From the NCBI GenBank assembly GCA_039545335.1, contig BCIN01000001.1, positions 3,537,136-3,601,135 on the forward strand: DNA of 64,000 nt. Direction: 5' to 3'. Below the pieces are notes generated by a model. The model did no database searches. It was given only the letters and a program-made list of their open reading frames with translations, and was not told where the DNA came from. The translations under genes were made by a program, and so were the position numbers. Positions 1 through 13,562 of the stretch are shown here, in pieces; within the stretch, counting starts at the first letter, position 1; each line of letters begins with the position of its first letter. This stretch comes from Kondoa subrosea. Lineage: Eukaryota.

Positions 1-1267
1 AAGCATAAATGAGGTTCAAATCCGAATGATTAAAAGCATAAGACGCTCACGTTCCACGGACAAAGACGATCTGATCGCTGCGAAGATGCTTTTGGGCCAG
101 TTTAAGTGCTTTGGCAGCAATAGCTTGATAAACGTTGAGGAACTGATCCGCTGTGGAATCGTATCCGTCACCCAATACTTTTGAGAACCAAGCACCAGTG
201 TTCAAGATGACCACGCGTTGTCCTCTGTATCTCATGTGAGCATTATTGCGTAGGGAGGAAAAGCAATGAGACTGACGGATCTTTACCGAGTTTTTGCAGA
301 ATCGTTTCCAGATCAGGCGTGAAAGCGGGATCCCAGAATTTCTCTTGCTGAGCGGTCAGATTCGACAGAGGCTTGATGTACAGCTCGTTACTTTCCGCGC
401 GACTGAGCAAGAAGCGAGAAAAGACATGTTGGACTAGAGGTCTATCGACTCCGCCTGGCAGAGTCTTCATATGTTCGTATAGAGGGTGAGAAGACGACAT
501 CTTTCTAATCATGTTGTTGGGGCTTAGATGACCGCTGGTTTGTGTTGTTGCTTGCCCTAAAAGACCAGCAAGAGAATCTGAGATCAAGGCCTTAGTGTAG
601 CACTTTGCTGCGAGAAGGCGGAAGCAACGTACATAGCTCGTGTGACGAAATGCTGTCGCCAATGAATGTCCATGATCCTTCTCTAACCAAAGATTCTATC
701 ACATCGTCTTTGTTCATTGGTGCCAGATGACACATCGAAGCAGGAGGTGCAAATTGCCATTGATGAGCTTGCTTGTCCTATCATGCTCGCTCAGCATAAA
801 CGCCCATCATTCGAAGAAGTCTAACAAACCCTGGCAAACAGTACTTTCTCCCTCTCTGGATCTGGTATGGATGCGCCTGGTTGCGGCAAACAGTTACCAT
901 ATCTCGGAGGTGCTGGATCCAATCTTCCTGGCCAGCTGGATAATTGTGGACTGGACAAATATAGCTCTTTCCATGTTGACGCCTTTGAGGCTCTGCCAGA
1001 ATAGAACCATTCTCCAGCATGTGCCCATTGATCCAGACTACAGAGTGCTAGACAAGTGCTGTTGTCATTTTGATGTAGCGCTATCGACGATTACCATGAG
1101 CGACGCGTTTTGAATGATGGGTTAATTCTAGATTTACCAGAAAATGGTGCATTCGAGATTCGCTGGTCTATCACTTGAGTCGCGTGACTTCGAGTCCAAG
1201 CCAGGTATACCAAGCTAGCAAGAGCTACCAAAGGTGGTATGCTCCTTCGCTTATTCCTAAAACCCAT
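1..1267 (-). CDS. PC-esterase / trichome-birefringence-like (SGNH) O-acyltransferase/esterase, 3' truncated by window
   Basis: N-terminal signal anchor (MGFRNKRRSIPPLVALASLVYLAW). Manual translation of 780-640 gives QWQFAPPASMCHLAPMNKDDVIESLVREGSWTFIGDSIS (W..P..C.L / GDS motif). A later exon has VVILNTGAW and IVFVRGT, typical of TBL/PC-esterases. Confidence 0.7.
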
Positions 1268-1996
1268 AAAATTACGCGTGCTGCAGGAATCAACAGGTTC
1301 TGAACTTGATTTTGACAGCAGCAAGGGAGATGGATCCTCTGTCAGACTGATTTCTGCAGGCATTCGGTGTGGAATCATCGGATTCTTGTTAAGGAGAGTT
1401 AGAAGTATAATGGGCGGGAAGAGGTCCATGAAGCTTTTTTATGATCGCGAATGTAGCGAAATTCGTTGGAACAGCAAAAGTAAACAAATTGACTCCATAT
1501 ACACCTGGACTGAGAGAAACGGGTACCCGAGTGCTATATTTTGCACCAGGCTCTGCAGTTGTCACTAAAAGCAGCCTGCTATTTCGAGGGCAAGATGAAA
1601 GCGCGTCGCTGAGGTTGTCTGCCAAACATATTCCAAGCACCTCAATTCGAATATGACGGAGGCCAAGATTAGGCAACGAGCAGCAGAAAGGTGAGCAAAT
1701 CATATGAGGCTGTTCATGGCCATCGCTTCTGATCGAGATACAGCTAATGGCCCAATTTTCCGCGTCACCCGAAGGTTGTTTGGAAAGTAGATGCGTAAGA
1801 CGAGCGAGGGTCGATGAAGGACGCCATCAAGTGCCATTCATTGCTCTTTGAATTACATTTCCGAGATTTTCGGGTTACTAAAAGCTATTGGTCAATTCCG
1901 CCCGGACATGCATTTCGCCAGTGAGCTCACATCGTATCTTGGACATTTAAATCCGATGCAAGGTATACTACTGCTGCAGCGTAGGCGAAAAGAACT

Positions 1997-2678
1997 TTAT
2001 TCCGCTGGTTTCTTTGCTTTGGCTCTTGCTTCTTCCGTCAATTTCATTTGCAAGATTTGGGTAAGTTGATATCTGTTGCCTTGCTTGCCCTCAATAGTAG
2101 CTTGAAGTTCATCCAAGTTCTTCCTCAAGCTCAAGATTTTGGTGTTGTAAAATTGCTTTGCTTCCTTTGTAGTCTTTTCCACGAAGTATCCGGTCCCTAC
2201 ATCGACCATGACGTTGCCTACATCTACCAATTTGCCTTCGACGTAAAGTGAGCTTGTCAGTGGAACCAGGATATCCTTGCCTGTCTCAAGAAGTGAGATC
2301 TGGCCGAGAAAGGGATCAAGTGACTGACCTTCGCTTGCAGGCGTAAGCGTGTTTAGGCAATTCATAGCTATAGAGAGTCTCAGCCTGACTTTATGCAATA
2401 TGCAATAAGCGACTTGTACTAACCTGCTTTAAATTTGGCTTCAGCTTGCTTCAGAGCAGCGTAACTGTTTGTAAGAAGTTCCAGCTCCTAGTATAAACAA
2501 GTATTGAGCGTCGCAGCTAGCTTGTGCAGATTGGCTGGCCTGACCTCATCCAATTGCTTGCGGACCTATTTCGCAAATGTTGAATGGAAACGATGACACA
2601 GCCTGCAATTCACCGTACCTGACTGAGCTGGTCTACGCTGAGCTGATCTATTGGCACCCCTTGCTCTTCGCCTGACAT
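1997..2678 (-). CDS. GIM5: Prefoldin subunit 5 (alpha type), multi-exon
   Basis: ILVPLTSSLYVEGKL..VMVDVGTGYFVEK signature. Start MSGEEQGVPIDQLSVDQLSQ at 2678. Confidence 0.93.
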
Positions 2679-3074
2679 TTGGCTTGGTCACAAGAAACCA
2701 AACTTCGCAAATTTAGGCGATGATGAGTATACCTCAAAGGTCTTGGAAGCAGCACTGCTCTGAATTCATCGCTGTGTGTCCAAATACTCTTGCTCTCTTC
2801 TTACTCTCCCAAGCGCTTGTTTCTGCATGAATTTTGCTGGTTGTCATGACGCTGGTCTCCTCTAGTAACACGCGCAGCCTTTTCGTTCCGTATCCGCTCC
2901 CCTATCTTTCCCTGACGTGGAAGAGAAGAGGCTGAAACTCACTTGCTGGCGGAAGATACATTCTGAAATTTCTGTCTTCTGTCCTTGCAAAGTCCACAAG
3001 GCGAAATGATTCTCACTTCCTCTTTTGCTCTTTGGACTGCTGCGACCACCGCTGCCGAAGCCGCGCCTGTCGTA

Positions 3075-3857
3075 ATGGGTTACTTTACAAAGAGTGAAGC
3101 TGAAAAGGAGCAGGAGAAACGAGTTGAGCTAGAGAAGTTCGTCTTATCTTTTCATCTTCCGAAATCCAATCTCGTATTGATGTTAGCGGAACGAAACAGA
3201 CAGAAACTCAAAGCTGATGAAGAAGCCCGAAGAGCTAAAGAGCATGATAAGCTACACAAGAAGAAAGGTCTTTTTGGAAGACGTTCCAGCACTTATAATC
3301 CTAAAGCTACTTCACCTGTCGTCAATACTCGCCGTCAATCTGTAGATAACCATCTCTCTGGTATGCCCAACGTATTTAGGCAGAGATGACATGCTTATCG
3401 CCTAGAGTACAGGTTCCGTTCTTTCTCCTGTGGGCAAAGCGACAAGCATGGACGAAGCTACTCGTCAGCTAGATAACGCTGTATGTCATGCACTTTGAAG
3501 ACGTATTCCGATCGTCTGAACAAACCTTCTTAAAGCGCCGTGCCGAAGAGGATCTCATCAAACAGCAGCGTGAAGTCGAAGAACAGCGCAGACGTCTCGC
3601 AATACAAAGCAAGGAACTGGAGGCTCGTTTGGCTGTTGCTCGTGTACGTGTGATCGATAACTCCTGTGTCACAATCTGACAAGATCTTCTTACAGAAACA
3701 CGCTAATGCTGCTCGAAAAGTTGTGGAAAAGTTCAGAGAAGAAGCCAAGATGCATCTCAAGCAAGCCGAGTGAGTGCTTGCGCGTCTTGATATTGTGACC
3801 GTGCTGACCTCTTGAATCAGTACTCTGACCCGTGCTGCAAACAATTTGACCCTCTAG
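3075..3857 (+). CDS. Hypothetical charged coiled-coil protein, multi-exon
   Basis: Spliceable exons MGYFTKSEAEKEQEKRVELEK...KLKADEEARRAKEH...EQTFLKRRAEEDLIKQQREVEEQRRRL...DTLTRAANNLTL*. No family recognised. Confidence 0.65.
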
Positions 3858-4043
3858 AGCATCTGGATGAGCGATATCGGGGTTGTATATAATGGCCAGA
3901 TTCCGGCATCACATGCGATTAATTATCTAATATTGCTTCAAAAAGAACGACTATCGCATCTATTCTATTACTTTCTAGAGTCTAACTATCTATGTGTCTA
4001 ATATGCACAGTGTCCTGCTCCTGACTCATATCGTCTGTCTTCT

Positions 4044-4639
4044 TTAAACAACTTGCGAACCGGAAGCTGAAGCTGAAGATCTAGCAGCGCTTGGGTAGAC
4101 TGAAGCTGGCCCATAAGAAGCTTTGAACGATGCTGAAGGAGCGCCAGACTTGGATTCGAAGCAGTTGGCGGATGCACCTGAGATAGCGCAAGAGAGGTAC
4201 TCTTGAGGAGCAGAGTAGACATAGGCAGATGGACCATTAACAAGGGTCGCAGTGTAGGTAGTGGATGCTGGTCAGATTAGTCAGCATCGGTTTTATACTG
4301 AATGAGGAAAAATCGACTGACCACCTCGGACAACATCCTTGTAGGTGACGGGACCTTCAACAGCAGACCCAATCTTGCTCAAGGATTGGGCAGACTTTAA
4401 GACAGATAAGTAAAGCGGAACGTGTACTGCATCGGAATGACTTACTGCTGAGACTGCGCTCGGAAGAGCTGAGGGCATAGCACCAGAAACGCTAGCAATA
4501 CCGTAGATGGTCTGTCTCTTCTCCATCTCGACAGGAGCAGCAGCAACGCATGCAATAAGAGCGGCAACTGGATTCAGAATGAGCTAATCAATTCAATTAC
4601 TAAAGTGATCGACGAACCGAAAGCAACGGAAGTTCTCAT
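4044..4639 (-). CDS. Small secreted Ser/Ala-rich protein with Kex2-type propeptide
   Basis: Spliced: MRTSVAFVAALIACVAAAPVEMEKR|QTIYGIASVSG...YLSCAISGASANCFESKSG...GSQVV*. Signal peptide, KR site, 2 Cys in the mature region. Confidence 0.75.
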
Positions 4640-4884
4640 TTTGTGTTGTGTGTTGTAGAAGGGAGTGAAGTGGTGGTATGAGGGCAAGGGAGAGCAGTAG
4701 AGGGAAGCAAATGATGGAACAGGAAAGAACTAAGAATAGAACGAGAAAAATTTGTAAGGCGCTGACGCAAGCGAGATAAGGGAAAGTAGCCGAAGCCAAG
4801 CCAAATGAGACAATGCAATACTGAACTACAGACTGAAGGTAGTACAATGATGTATAGACAGATACAGGGAGAAATACAGACCGA

Positions 4885-7800
4885 TTATGCAGATGAATGT
4901 TTGCTCTTGCTGCAACGAGCCGGAAGCTTGAAGTCTTCCGTGCGGAATCCGCCACTGTAGAGATCGCTGTCAGTATTGGAGAGCTCAGGAGAGTGAAGTT
5001 ACGGACCCCCCTGCAACGAGATATCAGCACGAGCACAAGGATTTGGGAAATATGGCTCACAAGGTAATGCACCACGGAGAACAGCAGATGGACCCATTCC
5101 GCGATCTGCGAAAGCCTCGAAGAGCGTGCAGTAGTTCTCTCCTCCGGTCAAAGCATGATCAGCCTGGAATCGCTAATCAGATCAAGTATGTTCTGAGTGC
5201 AACGAACTTACGGCAATGATAGCGTTCCTTGCATCAAGGAAAGATGGTCGGCATGGTTGAAGCTTCATGCCATCAAGGACGAGTTGCATAGCCAAAGTGT
5301 TTCCTCTGTCAGAAGAGATCAGTATATATTTCATCAGTCGAGCGAGTTGGCCGTACCTAGCTGGATGTTGTTTGCCAGTAGTAGATGAAGTATTGAAGAA
5401 GGAGTGGTGAGATTCATGACCAGGGCTAGGAGGGAAAAGCGAATGTTCGAAGCCGTGTTTCTTGACCAAAGCCTCGGCCATGACGAATAAGAACTCGCTC
5501 CAGACTTCCCCGATACTACCAACGATGCGATTAGTACTAGTGTGAGATGCAGACCAACAAGAATTACGCATGAACTTCCCACATCTCTAAAGAATTCATC
5601 TGCTCAATGAAATCCATCAAGCAAAGAAAAAGAAAAGACTTACTATCTACCGCCTTGTATGTGAAGGGGTTGACAGTGTGGTTCAATGAGTATGGGTATT
5701 TGCGAATACTGCAGAAAATCAATTCAATCTGTGTGTCGGCCCGAATGATCACGGAATGACTTACCCGCCGACTTGTCCGCTAGCCCACTGTTCGGGGAAG
5801 TACTCATTAGCGAACGGTCCTCTATTCCTGATTGACGGGGAACGCACTTCTCCCATTGACCAGTCTTTAGGCTTCTTCTTCGACATACGGATCATCGTCG
5901 CAACATAATCACCCCAGCCTGTTGCGACTCGTAAGACAACTTGCGGCGAGGCAGCTCTCAGAAGGTTTACCTTCGCCCATACCACCAGACTCTCCCCAAG
6001 GTCTAGAAAGAAGCGTTAAAGGCGAACTGCTGAAGAAATGTCTAAGCTCACAAGCCTGAGCACAACAGACTAGCTTAGCGAAACAGTAATATCCGTGACA
6101 TTTCGAACACTCACAACCACTGTTTGCGGGTCCGCCGGTCAATCGAGTTGAAACACCATGCATAAACTAAGCAGAATTAGAAGGAATTCCAGATTCAAGG
6201 CTTTAGTGACATACCTCGTGCACAACAATTCCCTCTTCTAGCGATCCGTCCCTGAATGGCTTCGCACCATTCCAGACGTACATCCTGTATATTTACTTCA
6301 GATCCATCATACGCCACTCCACTCCACTCTTGAACTCACCTCATGCGAGGTCTTTGACCATCTGGAGGAGTAGCGAACTGAAAAGAAGGTCAGCTAACAT
6401 TCTTCTCTGACGAAGCAAATACTTACGTTTGCATTGTTGAAGCCAGAGCCATCTTGAGCATTGGCAATCACGGCGTCATTCCCAATGCCTTTGTGACCTT
6501 TGTGGATGTTCCGTTCTTGGAAGTTACCAGCTGCTTCGTCAAAGCCATACTTGTATGTCAGATCGTGCCTGTAGGTGAAACGCGCACATAAGCTATCATC
6601 AACAGCTGTGCAGATGTAGTTCCCTACATCTTGTTGCAGGTGAAGACTATGAGGAGAGTAAGCGATGATAAGATGATCTTGATCGGTTAAAACATACATA
6701 ATTCAGTCGCAGACACATTGATATACGATTCAGGCTTGATATCTTTGCCCAGACATTCTTTGCCTTGACAACCCCAGTGAAGAGGGAAGGTGAAATTGAG
6801 ACCGGGTGCGTTAGGCTGTAAGTTGGAGCAAAAGGGAATGAGGTGGCAACCTCAAAGTCTGGCTACACAGCGTACTCTGTAATTCAGCTCGACTAAGGAA
6901 ATTGAAAGATCAGCATCAATCACAACAGGTCTCACAGAGCTGCTCACATTCGTTGCCTCCAGAAGGATTTGCTTGAGCAAAGACGTTGTTTCCTCTCGTG
7001 TCAGTAAAGTTCATGCCAACACCTCGCTTCAAAGTCTCAGACCATCCAGACTTGTGTTCCCAGCCATGGGGTAAATCTTTGACTGCTCTTCCACCATTCT
7101 TAGTCTCTCTCGGAATCTCATGCCAACCAAGAGGTGAAGCTTCTTCATCGGCAGGATTGACGACGACTGATCTTGGACCTTCGTAAGGATCATTGACGCT
7201 CCAAGCGAAAACTCTATAAATCGCATCTTTCCTTTCACTTTCTTCATCTCCTTTCTTCTGAGTGTCTTCTACTTCAACCACGGCTTCCTCATCCCAAAAT
7301 CGGTCTTTCTTGCCTAAACGAGGCTCTCGTAGAGAACCAGAGTAATCTTTCTGCCAATCGACAACCATTAAAGATTCTGGTTCTTCTGTTGCTTTCACAT
7401 GTGCTTCGTACCAATTATTAGAAGACTTGTATTCGAAAGACCAAACGAGATCAAGATTTCCAGATTCAGATTGCAAGTATGCTAGAGTAGCTGGAACAGG
7501 TTGGAGAGCTCCTGGAACATTATGTAAAGTTACAGAAGAAGAATGAGGTGCCATGGAAGACGATTGAGCGATTGTGATATCTTGAATATCGAGATCTTGT
7601 ACAGCTGCTTCTGGGTTACCGATAGAAATGAATGAGACTAGAGCTAATCTCGGATCAAGAATAGATTCGGGAATAGGTACTTCCAAGGTATTAATACATT
7701 CTTCTGCTGGTGCTGATTCGCCGAAAACAACTTGATTGCCGCTTGAGGGTCCGTTATCGATGAAGCAAGATTGACGACCTGACCAAGCTGAATTACCGTA

Positions 7801-8308
7801 AGAAAGAATCTGACCGGTGCTCATGTCGACATTGATATTGACCAAGGCATTGACAACGTCTTTGCCATTGATTTGCTGGATATAATGTGAATGGAAGCTA
7901 TGCCGAACAATATAAGCATGAGATCTGAAATGCTGTGCTCATGCACGTGGGGACTCACACGTTGGAGTTCTCCGATAAGAAGCTAGACTGCACTCGGAAG
8001 GTCTTGTTCGGGTGCAACTGGTGAATGAATCGTCCAGCAATAGCAGTGCCCAGCTCTTCAGGTTGGTCAAGAGCGTATGAGCCAGTGAGATCAGCCAAGC
8101 CAGCTGTATCCGCATTAAAGTTAAGGAGTAGTGGCGAGGCTGACTCCTCGATTGTAGCTACATGATAAGTAGATTGCTGCAAGACAGGACCAGTTGAGAT
8201 ACTGTGCCGTCCAGAAGGAGTGATGTGTTGAGCTTGAGGTAACAACAAAGCTTGGGCAACTCCTAAAGAGGCGATAAGCTTCAACAGGGCTAGTAAGCCT
8301 TTGGCCAT
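4885..8308 (-). CDS. Extracellular metalloprotease, fungalysin (peptidase M36)
   Basis: Signal peptide [69 protein letters not shown] (HExxH); [31 protein letters not shown]. Confidence 0.95.
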
Positions 8309-8448
8309 AATGATATGCGTGTAGATGTAGTGTGGTATATATATGTAACAGTCACAGCAAGCAATAGATTGCAAGCTGATAGATGGTACAAGAAAGAGAA
8401 GCGCAAGCCTTTGTTTCCCCACGGAGTTTCGGCCTTTGGTATCACCAG

Positions 8449-9929
8449 TCAGCTGCACACCTTTTGCTTCACATCACCCCAAGCTCCATCAGGATCCCAA
8501 ATCGCTTTGAGCCGGTCATATGCTTCGATGTCGTAAACATCCGACCACATCTTCTGCATGTAATTGTCTGCATAAAGCATAGGTCGCCCGCCTACTCTCG
8601 CAGCGGCCTCTTGTAAATTTTTCGTAACTTGTTTCACATCCACGCTTGCGGTGTACTGCCCCCAGTAGATGCCAAAATTGACCATATACTCGTCTTTTGC
8701 ATAGTGGGGTGAGAAGATCTGAGGTGTGGAAGTAGTCTTGATTGGACACAGCCACAGAGGCTTGACATATCCCGGAATGAGGGAAAGGAATTCATCAGCT
8801 TTGGACAAGGGTATATAGATGTCCTGGATCAGAAGAGTAGCTTGAACTATAGATCGAGGCGCTGCGTGTAGTCGAGCGTAAAGAGCTTTGGTAGACAAGA
8901 GAGGCGATACGAGTGCTCGAACAGGACCATAGTTATAAGTATTGGGAAAAGCATAGCGACCTTCGCGCAAATGTTCAGATGCGAGACTAGACTGTCTAAA
9001 AGTTCAAGCTAACCCATCCAGAATGCACATTTGTCGAACCGGAACAGGTAATCTCGCAGGGGTATGTATTCGACCTCTTGATCTCCTTTGTCCAGAAGGT
9101 GCAAATACCAAAATTGGCTGGAGCGATTTGATAATTGGTGAACTTTCTTTTCCGGACGGTGGATTTTGGTTGCAAGACAGATGATCGAAGTCTTCTCGTC
9201 ATATCGAACGGCATCAAAGAAATCCAATTCCATTTCTTCCTTCTTTCGCAAGAGAACTTGAAGCATTCCTATTGGGTCCTTTATTTTGAAGTATTGGACT
9301 TGCACATATCTCATGCCCTTCAGCTTCTTCAACTTCAGCGTACAGTCCAACAGCAACCCCAGAGTTCCCATCGCTCCCATTGCACCAAAAAACAAATCCG
9401 ACTCCTTCTCAGGCGAGCATTGCACTACCTTTCCATTCGCCAAGAGATATCTACAACTCAAAACAGAGTCGCCAAATTGACCGTATCGGAAGGAAGAGCT
9501 CTCTAACCCTGCACCAGCTATCAACCCGGCAACGGTAAGGTTCGTAAACTCTGGTAACACCGATGGTAGGAGATCCAAAGGTAGAAGAGCGTCAACGAGT
9601 TGTTCCATCGTTACTGAGGGTTCTAAAGTGACTGTAGCTGCTTCTTTGTCGATATGAAGTATTCTATTCTGACTGCCCACTTGAACTTCGTGCTGTGTTG
9701 AATTGCTAGGACGGTAAAAGACATGAGAAACGTTCTTCCGTCGGACTTTGATTCTGCTTCCGCTTGAGCGTGTAGCTAGTTGAGCTTGAATAGAAGTCAG
9801 AGGAACATGAGCGGTTTGATCTGATGCGAAATCTGGGAGACGAAGATAGAAGGGATAGAGAAGAAGATTGGTGATTCGTATCACAAGAGCCAGAGCTACA
9901 TTGAGCATAGCGCGGAAGGTTTCATGCAT
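8449..9929 (-). CDS. FAD-binding oxidoreductase, delta(24)-sterol reductase (DHCR24/DWF1)-like
   Basis: LEPSVTMEQL..PSVLPEFTNLTVAGLIAGAGLESSSFRYGQF; IPLRDYLFR; QDIYIP; PLWLCPI; GRPMLYADNY; YDRLKAIWDP. One intron near 8971-9010. Confidence 0.85.
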
Positions 9930-10293
9930 AGCACTTTATGTGATCTTCAAGGCAATCTTCAAAGATGTTCTGCTGACACCGCTCTTGCTCTTAGGCTCGG
10001 TGGTATCGGAATCGCTACACTCGCGACGCTGGTATCTCTAGGTCTGGTATAGCTCTTATGACCTGTGTCGGCCGTTTTGGACAAAGGCATGAGTAATATT
10101 TGCAGTGAAGTTTTCGTCTCAGGACAGCCAATTGTTCCACACTACTAGGATATCCTGCTTGTTATTCCCGAGCTCTTCATATCCTGCTGTGCTGTTTGCC
10201 ATTCGCTGAGCTTGCTCGGTTGCCGAGATCTATTCAGTGCTTGCATGACAACAGTCTGATAACCATCTATTACGACTGCACTGCACTGCTTCT

Positions 10294-13155
10294 ATGGGCG
10301 CATTCAATCTTCTTGCTCTGTCAGGTCAAACCGCCTTGATCTTCGGCAAGACCCTGATCCTGCACTTCCTCGAAAACAAACGGATCAGGGAAGAATCAGA
10401 GGCTCGGTCAAAAGATATCACCTTTGATGAAGCATTCAATATAGTCCGAAACTTCTTACGCAAATCCAGCGAAGGGACCGTCGAAGACTTACAAGCTTTT
10501 TGTGGTCATGTAAGCAAAGACATGTCGGCAGGCGCGCACTTTCACTTATGCAAATATACGCAGTTCGTACCATCTCCGGCTTGGGTTACTGTGGTCGTTG
10601 TTCTTATTCCGCCAGATGTCGCATCCAAAGCTGCCGAAATATTGATCGACCATATTGGGCATGAAACTATAGATGGGCTCATAGGCGGAAGGACTTGGTG
10701 GCAGAAAAGAGGTAGAGCGGACGGATGTATCGAAGCGGAGTGGATCTCGATGAAGCGTGATTGGGATGGAACCGATATGAAGCAGAAGATGAAGGAACAA
10801 AAGAAGCGAGGCCTGACTACAGATCATGCAACAGCCGCAACCTATGGACATGGTCAATATGAGAAGGCTTTGGATGGTCAGAGATGCCTATACTACATCC
10901 ACGGAGGTAAGCACATCTTCCTATTGCGCTTTCGGCGGCCCTGCTCACCGACCACAAGGCGGATATTATTTCGGCAGCTTGAACACTCATCGTTACTCTA
11001 TATGGCGTATGGCGCGTAAAGCTGGCTGTCGAGCATTCGCCGTTCGATATCGTCTCAGTCCTCAATTTCCCTTTCCATGCGCTCTACAAGATGTTCTAGC
11101 TGGATATTTGTATCTCATAAGACCGCCCGAAGGATCACCACATAAGCCTATAGATCCAGCTCAAATCATCTTTGCAGGCGATTCTGCGGGAGCCGGTATG
11201 GCACTTTCCCTCCTCTGTCTCTTGAGAGATATGGATCTTCCTCTGCCAGCCGGTGCAGCTCTTATATCTCCTTGGTGCGACTTGACGGAATCTTTTCCTT
11301 CAGTCATGACCAATATTCATTCCGATGTTATTCCGCCGTTCGGCTTCATTCATAAGCCTTCTACTCTGTGGCCGCCGCTTCCTCCTTCTTCTCGCCGAAG
11401 AGTCAATACCTTCATGAAAGAGTCACTGGCGGACAAAGCGTCTGAAGCTGTTCACCGTCGCGCCTCTCACGCAGCGAGAGAAGCCGAAAGACAGGCAACA
11501 CACGGCACGCTGTCTACTTCTTTACCGCCACATACTGCCAAATCGCACAAGGAGATCAGAGCTGGTCGAGAAGCGGGATCAGCAGATTTGGGAGACAAGG
11601 AGGAACCAGATTCGTCGGTCTGGCTGGAAATCGATGGAGAGCAAGTCGAGTTCAAAGATCAGGTTTGTGGTGAATGCTGTTCCCCTCTATACCTATGCTG
11701 ATTAATGTACAGCTGCATATGTATGCTACCAATGTTCAATTGAGCCATCCTTTGGTCAGCCCTGCATTACAACCCTCTTTGGGTGGACTGCCTCCCTTAT
11801 ACATTCAAGCTGGCGACAATGAGATTTTGCGAGATGAAATCGTCTATACAGCTCATAGGGCTGCTCATCCTGATCAATACCCTCTTCGTCAAGCCTTATT
11901 GAAACTGCATGGCAATACAAGGAGAGCTGAACTGGCCAAGTCTCACAGACCGACAGACGTACATCTGCAAATTTGTAGGCACCTGCATGTATATATATGC
12001 TTTGCTCATGAAATTTGCAGACGATGGAATGTGTCATGATCTGACGCTCTTCTCTTTCATTCCACCTTCAAGATACTGCTACAGAGCTATTGCATCTTTC
12101 TGTGTCGCAGCAACAGATCCAAATGTCAACCTTCTTTCACCCTCCACAGCGGATCCAGTACACAGACCTTCTTTTGCCTCTTCATCGAGCTTTCCGGACC
12201 AAGATCGTTCTCAAACCAATGGAAATCTGCTTCCTGAAACAGAGGCTCTCGCAGAAGAACCTGTATCAGCCATTGACCCTGCTTCTGACAATATAATTCC
12301 CGAAAAACCTCGACTAGCACTGCAAATACCGTCGAAACCTGAATCGCAATCCGCTAGTGGACCAACTACGCCTACTTCTGCTTATCCTGGCGCGACTAAG
12401 AAATGGAGCAAGAAGAAGATGGAAGAGCTCAAATCCACGATGTATACCGAAACTCGACCACATAATGTCAGTCGAGCGCTGCTGTTGCTGAAATTTACGC
12501 GGACTAATTCTCTTGAATAACAGAGACCTGATTATGTTGATCATATGATCCGAGAAAGAATCAATGTTCGCGGATTGAGAAGAGATTTAGAACCAGCCGA
12601 AGAAATTCATGCTCTCCAGCTTAACTCGGAAAATATCGGCTTGCTGCATGCTGGTCCTGTCAAGCGCTATCTTCAAGGTCGACAGAAATGGGATGAAAAG
12701 TATAGTCATACTGTCAAGAAAGTTCGGAAAGAAAGGAGGAAGCAAGTCGAAGCGGCCGCGAATCATCAACGAACTTTGAGAGATCGGATGAAGGGCAAAC
12801 ATCCCGACGACCAGACGGAAGAGATGCCATACAGTGTTTGGGATCTGCCTGGCGAAAATCCCCCACCTTCGTCGATTGCTGCGAGGAAAGATACAGTACG
12901 TACTGATTTGGAGGTGTAGCCTCTCATTCACTGCCTTTCGGTGAATAGAAGGAGGCGCTTAAGCTGGCGCAACTTGTTACCGATGAGTATTCAACTTCGA
13001 ACCATCCTCTAAAGCTGTGGATTGGTAAGTGATCTCTCTGTCCGGAGACAAAATCTGAAGAGGTGTTTGCAGAGATACAAAACTTTTCATGGCTCAAGCG
13101 AGCGTCAGCGCATAAGAACAACAAACCTGAAGATGAATCGGATGAAGATGAATAG
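10294..13155 (+). CDS. Hormone-sensitive-lipase family alpha/beta hydrolase (esterase/lipase)
   Basis: YYIHG|GGYY oxyanion motif, YRLSPQFPFPCALQD, GDSAGAG nucleophile, GLPPLYIQAGDNEILRDE, DGMCHD. Confidence 0.9.
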
Positions 13156-13562
13156 CCTGCAGCGACATCGTGACGTGCAAAGATCGTCCACAAGCTCTGC
13201 GGAAACAGGATGAGAATACTGCAGACCCATCTGTGGGATCAGAAGTCAGTACTTCTATCTCCTTCTTCGTCGAAAGACTGTGCTTGCTGAAGCTTGTCTT
13301 CAAATTCCGAAGGTTTTCCAAAATCATCGCGAAGTACTATGCTTGCAGGCAGGAGAGATCAGGTGTATAGCTACCGCGCGTATGTCCAGGCGAAGCTGTA
13401 TCAGTACCAATGCATCATAGGCCAATGGAAGTTGTTTTCGAGGCACGATCATATACCTGCTCATGAAACGAGAAGCGGATGATGTAGAATACCCTCGAAA
13501 GCGTGTGAAGGGCGAGTCTATACCAGCTTCAGCCTTCGCGAGCTATATTTCTGGTCTGCAGC

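Noticed and set aside
1389..1850. Short ORFs between the PC-esterase and prefoldin genes
   Set aside because: No motifs or convincing splice model.
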